Shown piece by piece: positions 23,058 to 35,566 of a DNA stretch of 40,611 nucleotides. Every line of letters starts with the position of its first letter. The first letter of the stretch is position 1. Origin of the DNA: Piedraia hortae CBS 480.64 (Eukaryota); NCBI GenBank assembly GCA_010093745.1, contig MU006046.1:1-40611 (forward strand), written 5' to 3'. The position numbers and the translations under genes were made by a program. Below the pieces are notes generated by a model. It was not told the origin of the DNA, did no database searches, and was given only the letters and a program-made list of their open reading frames with translations.

Positions 23058-24152
23058 TTAATTATCCAGCGTATTGTTCCCCAACGCAGCCGTCTGTCTG
23101 TAAATCCACTCCTTGGCGGGGACGGCCTCTTCATCTTTCTCGGCCTTGGGAACGTGTTCCCCCTCCAAAACCTGCAAGACGGCATCATCATTCGGCCTGA
23201 CAAAATACACAATCGAGTATCTGGTGTAGAGGCCCTGCTTCTCCGGCGCGGGCGTGACCCTATGCCGTCCAGAACACAACACCCCATTCGTAAACCTAAC
23301 CGCCGCATCCCCCAGATTAACAATCGCACACCCCTTCTTCGGCTTCACCCAGACCCATTCCCCCGGCGTATCCGGCTCTAGTGGCCCCATGGATCGGGCA
23401 CTCTCCGACCAAACCTGCAGCCCGCCCAACCAGTTCATCAAAATCGTAATCGTCCCAAAATCCGTATGCGAAGGGGTTTGAATCTCAGGCATTTTCGGAT
23501 CCTTCCTCGCCGGACCCCTCGTCAAACGGATATGATCCCCGGAAGGTAAATCAATCCTATGTCTCTTAACCAACTCCTCCTCCTCGATCCCCAACCTCCT
23601 CCCCAACATCCTCACAAGATCCATCCCAACAGTATGCGCCGCACGGCAATACCGCGCAAAAACCTCTTGTTCTTTCAGAATTACCTCCGGCCATTTACGA
23701 TCCATCTCTGAAGGAGGTTTGAGCATATCATTCTTCGAAACGTTGAAAAACTCAGCCGTATCCCTCGCGCCGCTGGGATCGGCTTTTGTTGCGCCCGCGC
23801 GTTTGTACCTAATTTTTCTGTCAGCGTCAGCAAGCCCCAGGAGACTCGCTCCGTACCCGAAAAGGTCTTTACTAGCGGGGAGGTATTTTAGTTTTTCGTC
23901 CAGAGGGAGGGAGAAGGTCTCCTCTGCGATACGGCCTATGGTTTCGCTTCCGTGGAGGATTGCTTCGCCGTTTGGGGAGGAGCTTAAATCGAGGTAGATG
24001 AATCCACGCGTTTTGAAAGCTTCGAAGGCGCGGGATTCTTCGGTGGGAGAGTGGGATTCGAGGGCGGAGAGGGAGATTGTGCTTAGGGAAACGCAGGGGT
24101 AGGAGGGGGAGGAGGGGAAGGGGGGGTAGGATGATGGATCGAATTCGGGCAT
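23058..24152 (-). CDS. 2-oxoglutarate/Fe(II)-dependent dioxygenase (IPNS/DIOX-like)
   Basis: HTD..H iron triad (SHTDFGTITIL, SGRHRV), RYS motif, 'AIVNLGD'. Probable in-frame 48-nt intron at 23809-23856. Confidence 0.9.
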   Translation of the reverse strand: MPEFDPSSYPPFPSSPSYPCVSLSTISLSALESHSPTEESRAFEAFKTRGFIYLDLSSSPNGEAILHGSETIGRIAEETFSLPLDEKLKYLPASKDLFGYGASLLGLADADRKIRYKRAGATKADPSGARDTAEFFNVSKNDMLKPPSEMDRKWPEVILKEQEVFARYCRAAHTVGMDLVRMLGRRLGIEEEELVKRHRIDLPSGDHIRLTRGPARKDPKMPEIQTPSHTDFGTITILMNWLGGLQVWSESARSMGPLEPDTPGEWVWVKPKKGCAIVNLGDAAVRFTNGVLCSGRHRVTPAPEKQGLYTRYSIVYFVRPNDDAVLQVLEGEHVPKAEKDEEAVPAKEWIYRQTAALGNNTLDN

Positions 24153-24330
24153 TGTTCGACGATGTTGTATTGATGCTGGGGGGGTTAGGGAGGGTCTCCG
24201 GACTTTAATGAGGGGTCGAGGTGGGGTCGAGCTCGGTTCATCGGAGAATTGTGAAGATCAGAGAACAGCTGTGACCTATCATATTGGATGTAACATTCGT
24301 AGGACTGCGTAAACTACCGGATGTGAGAAA

Positions 24331-26079
24331 TTACTTGGGTATGTTCTGTGCCATGTTTCCCATCTGGCCTGGTTGCATTGCCTGACCTTGGAGCATACCG
24401 CTTCCCGGCACAGCACCGCTCTGGCCCATTGAAGATGCGTTTTGGGTCATGGACGAAGGCATACTGCCTTGAGCCATCGATGAAGCGGGCATCCCACCTT
24501 GTGTCATGGTCGAAGGCATCTCGCCCTGAGACACTGTAGACGGCATTCCCTGTGTCATTGTAGAAGACATTCCTCCTTGGTTCATGGTTGGGGACATGCT
24601 ACTCTGTGCCATTGATGAAGCTGGCATTCCGGTTTGGCCTTGGCCCATAGTAGACATGGGTTGCTGACCCATGCCCTGCTGACCCATGCCCTGCTGCATC
24701 ATAGGTTGCTGTCCCACAGTCTGCTGAGCCTGCTGCGGCTGCATCAAACCAGTCTGCTGCCCCATGGCTTGCTGCTGCTGCTGCTGCTGATGCTGCCCGT
24801 GATGGCCCATGCTCAACAACCCCCCCGCGCCCGCAGCCCCTGCAGCAGCTGCAGCCTTTCCTCCCACGCCGCTCGGATGCTTCGCCATCTCGCAGATAAC
24901 CTCATACCACTTCATCGCCCCCTCCGGCGAATGCGCTTTGAGAGGATACTCATGCGCCATGGACAGAGCGCCCATATGTCCAGCAACATCCTTTCCCTTG
25001 ATGTTAAAATTCATCCCGTTCAACTCCCCAACAGTACAATCAGGCAGATAAAGACTCATCTGAGGGCTGGGGTCCTTGCTATAGTCATCTTCAGACTCAA
25101 ACTGATGCAGGTATTTCGCTGGTGTGATAACAAAATACCCATTCTCCGAGCGGGACATGAGCTTCCCTCTCTTCTCCAGCGTGCCTGCGAGTATAGGCTG
25201 TGTCGATCTGTGGTTCTGGTTCGGGAAAGATATGGACGAGACGCTTCGCTTTGGTGCATTCGGGTCGATTAGAAGGGTATTGTTTCTTTGAACGAACCCG
25301 TTCCATTCAAAGTCTGGAGGGATGCGTTGCGCCACGGCCAGGGAGTCGTTGTGCATACCGATGCACATCTCGCTTTGCTTGTTGACCGCCTGCGTGAACT
25401 GAGAGAGGCCGGTTTTGATGGTTTCAAGAACGTGCGCCTCAAACTGCGCGAACCCATTCTGCACGGACAAGAGATCACCACGGCTGTTGTTCTCCTCTTG
25501 AACCTGCTTGTGCAGCCGGTTGTAAACGTGACGTTGCAAAACGTAGGGGTCCTCGCTCGGCTTCACCGTCCCGCCCCTGGAATCAATCCCGGCCGCATGC
25601 TGACCCAAAAGCTCGATATACTTCTGCGTCGAAGCACGCGCCTTGTCAACTACCTTTGCGCTCTTTCCAGACCCCTTTGAGATTTCCTTTTCCTTGCTCT
25701 TGATCTCCGAAGTCAGACGGGTAAAGATAGGCAGCACGGTGCCATGAAGCGTCTTGGCAGTTTCGTAATGCGAATTAACCTGCCCCTGCGTGTTCGATCG
25801 CAAATTGTCAAACAATCCCGCAATCCCACCCAGTCGTTGGTCAAAGTTTTCCCCTTCCCGGAGAGGATGCGACAGGGCCTTCAGCGCTTTTTCGTACGAA
25901 TGGCCGTGTGCACTGTGTGCTTTTTCGATGCCGGAAACGTAGTCCTCCAAAGTGAGACTCACGTGGCGCCATGCAAGCAGACGCTCGACCAATAGCTTCG
26001 ATACAGAGCCACTATCTTCATCGGCGACGGCGGTATCATTGCTACCACTGGTGGAGCGGTGTGGGAGAGAGAATGCCAT
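24331..26079 (-). CDS. BAR-PH domain protein (Slm1/Slm2-like) with Met/Gln/Gly-rich tail
   Basis: Helical N-terminal region ('LLVERLLAWRH', 'DPYVL'), then PH-like 'GTLEKRGK..GYFVITPAKYLHQF..PQMSLYLPDC..KWYEVI'. Start is probably 26079. Confidence 0.75.
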   Translation of the reverse strand: MAFSLPHRSTSGSNDTAVADEDSGSVSKLLVERLLAWRHVSLTLEDYVSGIEKAHSAHGHSYEKALKALSHPLREGENFDQRLGGIAGLFDNLRSNTQGQVNSHYETAKTLHGTVLPIFTRLTSEIKSKEKEISKGSGKSAKVVDKARASTQKYIELLGQHAAGIDSRGGTVKPSEDPYVLQRHVYNRLHKQVQEENNSRGDLLSVQNGFAQFEAHVLETIKTGLSQFTQAVNKQSEMCIGMHNDSLAVAQRIPPDFEWNGFVQRNNTLLIDPNAPKRSVSSISFPNQNHRSTQPILAGTLEKRGKLMSRSENGYFVITPAKYLHQFESEDDYSKDPSPQMSLYLPDCTVGELNGMNFNIKGKDVAGHMGALSMAHEYPLKAHSPEGAMKWYEVICEMAKHPSGVGGKAAAAAGAAGAGGLLSMGHHGQHQQQQQQQAMGQQTGLMQPQQAQQTVGQQPMMQQGMGQQGMGQQPMSTMGQGQTGMPASSMAQSSMSPTMNQGGMSSTMTQGMPSTVSQGEMPSTMTQGGMPASSMAQGSMPSSMTQNASSMGQSGAVPGSGMLQGQAMQPGQMGNMAQNIPK

Positions 26080-28383
26080 TATTGCTGTTGCAATCGTTGA
26101 CAGAAGCTTCCAGGGGGCTTGGTGGGTCGGGGACATGACGTCATCAGTGACGATGATCGTTGGCCACTGCAGCTGTGACAACATCGTCGTGAGCGTGAAG
26201 GCATCGTTACATTCTTCATTAAGCTATCAGAGAATGAACAGTTAGTTCATACGATGCGCTCAATTTGACTTCAGGCTAATCGCGCCAAGACAAGTCGCGT
26301 CATGGGCCAGCCGGACACTTCCCAACTGGGTAACATCTTGATTCGAGTTTGAAGAATATATTGGCTCTACAGAGATCTTGAGGAATGAAAGAGGGTATGC
26401 GTGGCGGTGAGACAAACAAGATAATCATATCTCTTTCCCACCTGGTGGGAGGACTCTATATATAGGCCAGCCTTTGCTACAACAAAATATTCGAGGACGC
26501 ATGTGTGCCAAACTCACATGTATCCATCCCAGTCCACGCTACACTCCCGCCCTTGAAAATAGCTTTTTATTACTATGTTCACGTCGACGAAGCGTATGCG
26601 AGTATTACGTCCTTAGAGAAGACTTATGCCGCTCGTTTTGGCACTGCCCTTAGTTGCAGACATCGTTGCTGTATGGTGAGCTTGGTGATCACAGGAGAGA
26701 GTAGATGAAGCCTGGAAAGATTGGTAAGAGGTTGTTTGGCAGAATCCCACATTACTCCATCACCTCTCAGGTCATTTCTCACAGTCAACTTGACCTTAGC
26801 CCTGAACAATCCGATGAACGTTGGGGTACAGCATTCTTGCCAGCATTATCCTGTCGTGGTCACTTGGGATTAACGCGGCAGTTTCTGGCCCATAAAAGCC
26901 AGGCGCGGTGTCCGCAGGTGGGATTGCCTGTTCGTCAATTGGTGCGGCCGCTGAATTGTTGTACCCTTCCAGCATGGTCCCAGTGTCGGTGGTGGACTGG
27001 TACTGCACCGTAGCGCCTGGAAGGTGTAGTTCACGACTTGCGAACCAGACCCATGGAACAGGAGAGCTAGCCGTAACGCCGGGTGAGAAGAGGGATTATT
27101 TCTTCAAGCTAGCTTGAAAATTATGAAAGATGCCTATGCCGCACTTTCTCGGTTCGAAATAGCAGGTCAAAGGCTACTGGTATCCGAATTCCTCTGGATT
27201 CGGCACAATTCAAGTTCATGTCTTGGATACAGCCTCCCTGACCTTTTTGAATCCAAAGAATATACATCCAAAAAGTTCCGTCGAATCCTGCACCGCCCAA
27301 TCTTCGTTCATTAGCCCAAGAATACAAACGAAGGATTTTGTCCTGATTCTGCTTGCCACTCAGCATCTAGTCCACAAGCCGGACACGCTGAGTTTCGGAG
27401 ATGAAGACAACCAAGCTGCGGCGCCGCTGTGCAAATCGCCATAGGCAGACTCGTCGGTACCGTGATAGTCCACGCAGACGAGCAGATGGCCAATACCACT
27501 CTCACGGTTGACTTTCCCGGAGATATGAAGAGCGACGGTACCATGTTAGGTAATTGCTGAAGCCTTTGAGTCTGGAAACGCTTGTCCCGGGACCCATCCA
27601 CCCAGGCATCAATGAGAGGTCCGTCACAAATGCCACTTTAAAGCATCAGGTCCAACTTCCACGAATAATGAGAACTTTGAACGAGCTGTACTGCGATCTA
27701 TCGGGGAGGGGTCATTTTCAAGACAGCGTATATACGCTGGACGTAACGGTGAGTAAATGAGCACAAATGTCGCTCACAAGGTGATTGAGGAGCTTCTTTC
27801 CACCCTTTGCTCAATTTTTCAGGCGGGGGGGAGGGGCAACTTGAATCTCGCATTATCGAGAGGCTTTCGGAGCAGGCGGAATCGATAGGCATACACAGTG
27901 TCCTTCGGAAAAAACTTCCGCGCCTTGAGCGAGCGTAAGTTCCTTTCTCCCGCCCTCAATGCTCGCGCTGACTAACGCAGAACCTCGCGCAGCACCTCCT
28001 CTAGGTCGCCGTCCTTCATCATCGCCTTAAAGAGCTAAGAAGGGGCATGCAGTCGTTGGCATGCCGTACCCAACAACCCCGGCGAGGCTACAATCCAGCT
28101 TGACGACAATCATGGCGGCAACATTCACCTGCAGTTCTTTCCCATCTTGGAATCAAGAACGAAATTAGCATGCTAATGTGGATGATTTGGTCGAAGCCGA
28201 CACAAAGACCCGCATAAGCGTTGGCAAGGCCAACAAAGAGTTAACATTAGACTCAGAAAATATTCCCAACAGAGAAAACCCGCGAAGTCTGGTCAGTTGG
28301 TATCTTGCTCAAGCTACGAGGGCCTTGAGGAACACTTCAAAATGTCCCTATGAATACCATGCCGCCAATAACGACCAGGCATA

Positions 28384-29770
28384 GTGATAATGAGACTGGT
28401 GATAAGCTTCAGCAAGCACACCAAGATGACCCTACTCACTTCCGGCACAGTCACTATATTAAAACAACAGCTGGCAGAGAGAAACCGCCAGGTGACATTG
28501 CTCAAGATCGAACGGGCCAAGGAGCTTGAGCTTGCCATCAAGAATGACCGCATTTATTTCCAGACGGTCAACGGGCTGGAACAAGCCGACGCCTGTAGTT
28601 TAGCAGAGTGTGAGAAGCGGGCGAGTGCGGTTCAGGCCGAAGAAATGCGCCAGATTGCAGTCAAGAAGGCCTTGAAAGAGGCGGAGGACCAATTAACGGC
28701 CCAGTATAATGCGCTCAACCTGATGAAGGGCGAGCTGGCCGCATCTCTGAACGAGATGGCCGAGCTGAACGAGCGTGCAGCCCAATGGGCTCACACGAAT
28801 CAGGATGAGCTTCAGGTCAGCCTCGTCATGGAGCATGAGAATCGCCAGGCAGAGCGATTCTCCCTCCAGAAGCACTGAGAGCAACACGCGAGGTCGCAAT
28901 CCAGCTTGCGTTACAGCAGCAAGCCGCTCAGTCGCTAGAAAACGAGCTGGCCTAGACTGGCTAGGAGGCGGCCAAGTTCCAGAGTGCCGCTACAGAAAAC
29001 TTGAAAGCCGCTCAGGTTAGCGTCCTCGTCGAGAAGAAGCACAACAAGGACATCCAGGCTGCTTTTGCACACGAACTCGACACAAAGAGTGATGAGGTTG
29101 CCACACTGACCAAGCAGTTGGCGACAGCGAGCCAGCAGATCTCGCAAAAGACTGGCCACGGCAGGGCCGGACCTCCGTACATGGCCAACAAGCCGGCGTC
29201 GCTGTTGAGCCTACATCGCTTTCGCACATGGATCTTCAACTTGTGTGAGGGGGAAAGCGTGGCAAGGGCGCTTGCACAGCTCGCCAGGATATAGGCAGTG
29301 TCCCTGCTGCTCTCAAAAAAAAAGCTGGACAACGTGATATTCTATAGAATTAACACAGGAGTTGGCTGAGAAAAATGAGCTGGCCATCAAGAACGATAAA
29401 TTTCCTGCCAAGGCTGCCGATAAGCTCTGGAAAGCAGGTACACACACCTTGACAGAGCGGAAGAAATGGGCCGGTGCGGATGCCCTGATCCAGACCAAAA
29501 CAAAGAGGCGCGTACAGGCGATAATGGTCAGTAAGGAGTTGGCGTTTCGAATCCAACGCGAAGTCCACGCGCTCTATACGCTCAGGACGAAGTGGAGGGG
29601 CTGGCCAAAGTGCCACAGCCGAAGCCTACGCCAAAGTGAAAGAGTCCCGGTAGGGAAAGGCAAAGATAGGACAGGATGCGAAGACCCTGATTGACCTGAA
29701 AGACCAGTTGAGCGCGACGAACAACGAAACCAATCTCAAGAGCGAGTTGGCTTCCGTTTAAGAAGAAATG
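28384..29770 (+). pseudogene. Decayed coiled-coil protein gene
   Basis: Successive E/K/Q/L/A-rich heptad-like ORF fragments separated by stops and frameshifts. 'ELAIKND' recurs at ~28528 and ~29377. Confidence 0.45.
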
Positions 29771-29923
29771 GTCAGCTCAGCGAGCGCTGGATGAGCTGGG
29801 CTGTGGCTTTTCGAAGTGAATTCACGCACAACGATGTTAGACTGTCTCTATCACAACCTTCCGACGCTCTACAGGGAATCGACGAAGGTGCGGTGTGAAA
29901 CTGAGGTGGTTTGAGGTATCTTT

Positions 29924-30445
29924 TGTTGGAGTCAAGCATCGCCGCTACCGCGTACGCGAGACACTTGCACAGCAAGTCAGCTAAACCCCTACACTACGGC
30001 TGCACCCTAGTTTTTCCCCTCCCAGAGATTTCCCTTCAGGGTTATGTCAGATGTGACTTGGCGAACGCGCCCCGCTACTGTAGACTAGTGAGTTATAGAT
30101 GACTCATTGTTATATTTGTGAGTAGGTGTGTACCAGTATGCATACAAGTCTCTACGGACAACGGGTTGAGTCGAGCGCCGATTACTGATAATGCGCATAA
30201 TATACCGCATATTCGCAACACTCCTATGATAACATGACGTCACTGGCCCACCAGTACAGAATACCTATTCCGACGTTCCCTATAGAGATACAGACACACA
30301 CATAGTAATTCACACTATCACATCGACACTTGTATTGACTCCTATCCACCTGCATCTTTTCTATCCCCGTCGTTGATTTCCGTCTATCGCTACATCCTAG
30401 TTCGGGCCGCTACGCACTCCCATCCACGAGAGTAATATTGCTACA
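29924..30445 (+). mobile_element. Solo LTR with 5-bp TSD TCTTT
   Basis: TGTTGG...CTACA, with TCTTT at 29919-29923 and 30446-30450. Colinear similarity to the 13448 LTR (GCTGCACCCTAG, GCTACTGT, GTTCCCT, ACTTGTATT). Confidence 0.7.
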
Positions 30446-30450
30446 TCTTT

Positions 30451-31480
30451 TGTTGGCATGAAGTCTCGTTACTATGAGCACGTGGCATGCACCGCAGGGG
30501 TTCTCTAGGCTTTCTCCCATATGAAGTTTCCCCTATGGATCACGATCACACTGTCAGAAGGATGTGGCATCAACCATGACCAGAACTGTAGATAGAAGTC
30601 GTAACTTCTAAGGGTTTTTACCTCTATAGAGAAAGTTTTCCCTGAGACGGGTCATTGTCTCGTTCATGCTTAAGGGCATGGTTCGCTGACGTTGTCCTGG
30701 CGTATGCGGTTAGACTGAGGTAGTGTGGGGGAAGGCTTCGGACCTCACCTCACATAGAGATAGACATCTAGATTCAACTTTCGGTCAAAGTTAAGTGAAA
30801 ACACTAGTCGTTGATATCCGCTCAACTTTAGTCCTCGGAGGTTCACCACTCCGATACACGCTTGTATCGTGGCGAACACGCTCCCAAATGACTATTTAGT
30901 ATCGGAAGGAGGGAGGGACCTACTCACATCACTTCGAGATTGGTGAATGGTGACGCAGACAACAGTGTGTGTGATACCTCACTATGGAATCCATCCGAGG
31001 TCTGGAGAAGGCTTGCACCGCAAGACTGGCCTAGACTCTCTTCCCGGCCCGAACCGCATTCGCCGTGACAACGTCCTTTAATGTAACCACGCTCCAGAGG
31101 GAAACATCCTCCATGAGGTAAAAACCCTTGAGAGTCCGGTGTTCTATTGTCAGAACTCAGGGCCTACGTCCTGCGGAAGGGCCCGGTCCGTCCGCGGCCT
31201 GAGTCTAGGGGCCCCACTCTGCGGCACATACACAAGCGGCACTGACTTTTCTCTTCTCGTCTTCATGCGTTGTTCTCTGTCTACATAGGGTCTACGCAGT
31301 ACTTTCGTCCATAGTCCATTGCTTTGAGCCTCTTACCGTTGTATCTCATCGATCTTTCAACCCCGACCCTCGTCCTTAGCCTCGTGTCATGATACATATC
31401 TATCTAAGGCAGGCGTCTGACACATAGGTATTGTCGCGGTCCATGGTTCGTTGGGTTAAGACCTGCTGGATGTCATGCAA
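30451..31480. mobile_element. Nest of LTR fragments in both orientations
   Basis: 30451 starts with the same 20 nt as the 13448 LTR (TGTTGGCATGAAGTCTCGTT). ~31085-31147 is a diverged reverse complement of ~30590-30655. 31148-31422 is bounded by TGTCAGA...TCTGACA. Confidence 0.6.
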
Positions 31481-32130
31481 GGGTCCCTGTCGCTGCAGCG
31501 CCGATCATGTCGGTGAGATGCAGGATCTATTTCCAATCCCTTTATTTTATCCTAGAGGTCCCCATGGAGCTAATTAACTGAGATTGGAACTGCGATTCCA
31601 CGCTGTTCTCACACTAACTCTCATTTTCCATTTGTGCACATAACGCTACGCACCGAACAGCACACACAGAGACTTCAGAGAATTAGGCTCAATTAGGCAG
31701 CGCGCTAGGGATCGGCCCTACTTCTTGTTGAATATTGTCGAATGACGTCCCAAGCGGATCGGGCCGGTATAGGCCGGGAGATGACCACACCTCCTCAACC
31801 TTGTTGACAATACACTTTTAGTTAGTCACAACTCTATTAACTCCCATCTCTTAGGTTATTACTTCTCTATGAGAACGAGATTTGGATATGACATCTCACC
31901 TTGGTAGCCGCCTAACGATAGTGAAACAACCGGCTTCGGTCCATTCAGTAATAGCTCTACGTTGTACCTGAACTCAGGAAAAGGTCTATGGTATAATTTG
32001 AGGATTTTGAGGATTGCACGCCGCATTGACCTTCCGTGCTTAACACCGCAAAACTAGGTCAAAAGCTTTTCGATATCCAAACGATCGGACTGACACATCA
32101 CCGTATATACACCAGTACAGAACCCTCAAG

Positions 32131-35100
32131 ATGCCTGATACGCTGTGCCACATCTGTCATAGAATTGGGACGGGCAAGTCAACCATGAAAATGCCGTACA
32201 GTAACGGGGTTCACTTTTTGACGGCAATGCATCAAAGGAACAAGAACAGCTTGAGACACGATCCGGAAGAGTACCAAGAGGCCTTGTATTTCGAAGAATC
32301 CGAGGATGCCGATGCTCGCATGAGACTGGTCCTGGAATCGCGAGCGCAGAACGCCAAAATCCTAGCTCGACAGGCCACAACTCAAGCCGCAAGCACTGTG
32401 AATCCGGCACCTTTCTGGAACATGAACGCCCAAGCATTATACAATGATTAGTTCGAGCTATGTATGGATGTTGACGACCAACCTGACGGGAGAGATGAAG
32501 ATCAAGAGGCGGAAGACGAAGACAATTGCAGTTACGATGAGTGACTGGGATTCTGAAGACGACGATACTATCATTAGCGATGCCAGCGATGTTAGCGAGT
32601 CAACTCATGAGGACGAAGATGGCGAATTTCCGACTGGTAACTAGATGTTAGACGTCGAAATTTCAGTACCAATCGACCAAGAAATGCCCTGTTCTTGTCG
32701 TTTTACTCCGCCGGAAAACATCGATATGAGACTGCCTCGTAACCCATGGAACCCGTTTGCTTGCGAAGAAGATGCTCTTCTGTTTGCAATGTACCATTCG
32801 CATCGTCATCCTATCAGTGATACTCCGATGAAAACCTTTTTAAAAGTGGTGAAGGAGCTTGCAAAGATCCCAACCAGACTCAAAGTACCCTCATTGGGAA
32901 AACTGAAGAAGTATCGTAAAATCATTCCCAAACCTCAGGTGGTTCGTCGCAAGACCGAAGATGGAGCACCATTTTTATCAGATTAGTGTGCTTGACATTG
33001 TACGCATGCAAACATGTAGGAACATACAGAAGTCGTCCAGTATCCCGATGTGGTAGAGCAAGTGGCAACCTCGACTGATGGGCCTGCTTCGAAAAGTTGT
33101 TCCGAGATGTGGCACGGTACCAAGTGGCATTAGGAGCTACGTATGCAGCGACCTATGGAGATTACCTGGATCCAAGAGAGGCCAGTCAGTATTTGGCTTG
33201 GAGACGTTCTGCGGATAAGTCCATCTAGCTCGACCGAATACGCCTTGTATTACGGCCTGGAGACTCGCTCTAGCCCGTAGACACAGGATAACAAGACATA
33301 TCTTATTCGAGCGATTTCGCTGGTCTGTTAGAGCCGGTAAACGGGTGCACCCAAGGAAGCCGAAGTTCTCTATTCCTACCAAGGGCGGTATGTTGGAGGT
33401 GAGCGAGACGACCGTGGTATTCCTCGAAGAGACTCAAATTATGGATACCCTGGATAATGAAGATATTGAGTTTGTTTTGCAAGATGGCACGCCGCTCCAT
33501 GAGGACTTTGGTCCATTCCTGCGGACCCCATATCCGGCAAAGAAGTTCTACAAGAAGCATGACGCACGTGTTGTGCAGCTCAATGTCAGCTTTTGGCAGG
33601 ACAGGGTAAATGCGGCGCGAGGAGAGCGGTGGGATTCCCTGGAAGTGTGGACAACAAATTTGGCTGGCTTTTCACATAGGGTGAGTTTTGACTTTCAGTG
33701 CGAACAAATCATTGTAAGAACTGGACCCAATGTGCAATCTGGTCTAGCACAATTTCACGTATCTGCCAACTACTATGTTGCGGTTGGTGCCAAGATGAAG
33801 GCCACCAGTATGCTCCGTGGGTTGATGCCGGATCTGGTTCGGCCCCAGCGCGGCGTCCGGGCCTTCGGCTCGGGAAGTGGCCGCCCTGTGCTCATCTCTG
33901 GATGTGTCTGTCGGTTCATGGCCGATAATCCTGCCGCGGCGGCGCTTTGCTCGATCCATTGGACAGGAGGACAGCCTTGTCATGATTGCTACTGGCGCTG
34001 GACAGCAGTCAGTCAATGGAAGGACATTATCGATGTTTCCAGTCTGAGGGTGCTACGGCATACCAAAGGACTCTCGGCGAAGGAAGCCGATCTCGTTAGG
34101 ATAGAGCATCCTCGCACGGAGCTCTACCGACTCGAAGGGTTCGATCCACACCAGGATTATACTTACGAGATGCTCCATTCCCTCCTTCTGGGAGTGGTTA
34201 AATACCCGTGGTTGGACACGCTTAACCTCCCCGTAATCAAGGAAAAACTCTTGGCAGCTTGCAGTTCGTGCACATTCAGCCGGAAAGGACGGTTTTGCGA
34301 CATTACCCGCACCCGACAAATCGCCAATTGGAACAAGTCGTTCACAGGCGGCGATTTTCGAAACCTACTCTAGGTCTGGCCGCTAACCCTGATCGCATTT
34401 TTTACAGCCAAAGGTGGGCTTGCGGACGTTAATAATCTGATTCATTTGTGGTGCTTTGGAGGAAAGCTCAGCACGCTGCTCTACGCCACCAGCATCCGCG
34501 ACCTGCAGAAATGGTGTGATGCTGTTGAGGAAGCGAGTCGGGATCTGGTAGAGACCTGGTCAGACATATGGGGGCTTGATACCATCAGGAGGAAGACTAA
34601 ATTCAGCTTTTGTTCCATATGCCCGCAGGGACCTGGCGGCATGGGCCTGTTCTTGGAGGGACGACAGAGCGGCTGGAGAGTTTGAACAAGCCCCTTAGAC
34701 GCAATCTGGACCTCACCAACCGCCACGCCCCTGGTTTAGATCTCATGAATAAGTTTTCGGTCTTTCTGTCGGAACAGCACATCGTCCTTGAGGGCTGGTG
34801 GTGTGTGGACAACGAATATATGACACGAGCAGGGGATGAACTTCTCAACCTTTGTCAAGAGAAATGGATGAGGTCCATGATTGGCCTGCCAAATCCTAAG
34901 ATTTCCGGCCCTAAGACCCAACGCCTGCGCCATCAGCTTCCTGCAACGACCCAAGCCCCGCACAACAGGCTGGTCAGCACGTATGACCTGAGCTGGAGCC
35001 GAACGGTATATCGCCAATTCTCTAGATGTCTCGGATCTATATCATGTGGAGCGGGCTCCTTCGTGCAATGCTGGGAAAGTAGCACGATATTCCGCGTCAA

Positions 35101-35278
35101 CGCGCCCCTACAACAGGTTAAGACACCGCAGACGGCGATTGCCCTAGTTGAGGAGTTCCGGGCTGTGGCCCCCCAGAACGCCAACGAAGACATTTGTGCG
35201 TCGGTCAAAGTTCCCTTGCTTGCCTCGACACGAGGTTACAAAATCGTTTCGATAGAGGATCTGGGCCCGCATTCTTAA
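32131..35278 (+). mobile_element. Degenerate CACTA/EnSpm (CMC, Plavaka-related) transposase
   Basis: 'SEMWHGTKW', 'SFWQD..RWD..NLAG', 'MADNPAAAALCS..CHDC', 'FDPHQDYTYEMLHSLLLGVVKY', 'KTKF..FHMP..RHGP..TERLESLN'. These resemble fungal CMC-type transposase motifs from memory. Multiple stops and frameshifts. Confidence 0.65.
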
Positions 35279-35566
35279 TGTCATGCATTTGTTTGGCGAG
35301 GGGTGTGACGTGAAGCAGGTTCTCACCACTTAACGAAAGGAAAGGCAGATGGCCCCAGTTGATGTATGGCAGCATGAGGCAGAGAGCGTGTCTAGCCGCT
35401 GGAGGGTCGATGTCCATATGCTTAATTTGCATAGCTGATAGGCAGGCCAAGCGTGACAGGATTTCTCCACCACCGCGTGGCTTTTGACAGTTTTGATTCA
35501 TTTTGCACATGTTGATGAAATGTCCCTTATTATGTAGTTTCAGAACCAGGTAGTTCAGGTCCACGC

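Noticed and set aside
26500..27900. Short minus-strand ORF fragments as a possible pseudogene
   Set aside because: No recognisable motif, so no call can be supported.
31143..31427. Target-site duplication around the TGTCAGA...TCTGACA element
   Set aside because: The flanks TCTAT and CATAG are not direct repeats, so only the terminal inverted ends are claimed.
30100..32100. 2-kb ORF-free region with an inverted repeat as candidate telomerase RNA or other long ncRNA
   Set aside because: No TAACCCTAA-type template was found, and most of it is explained by nested LTR fragments in both orientations.
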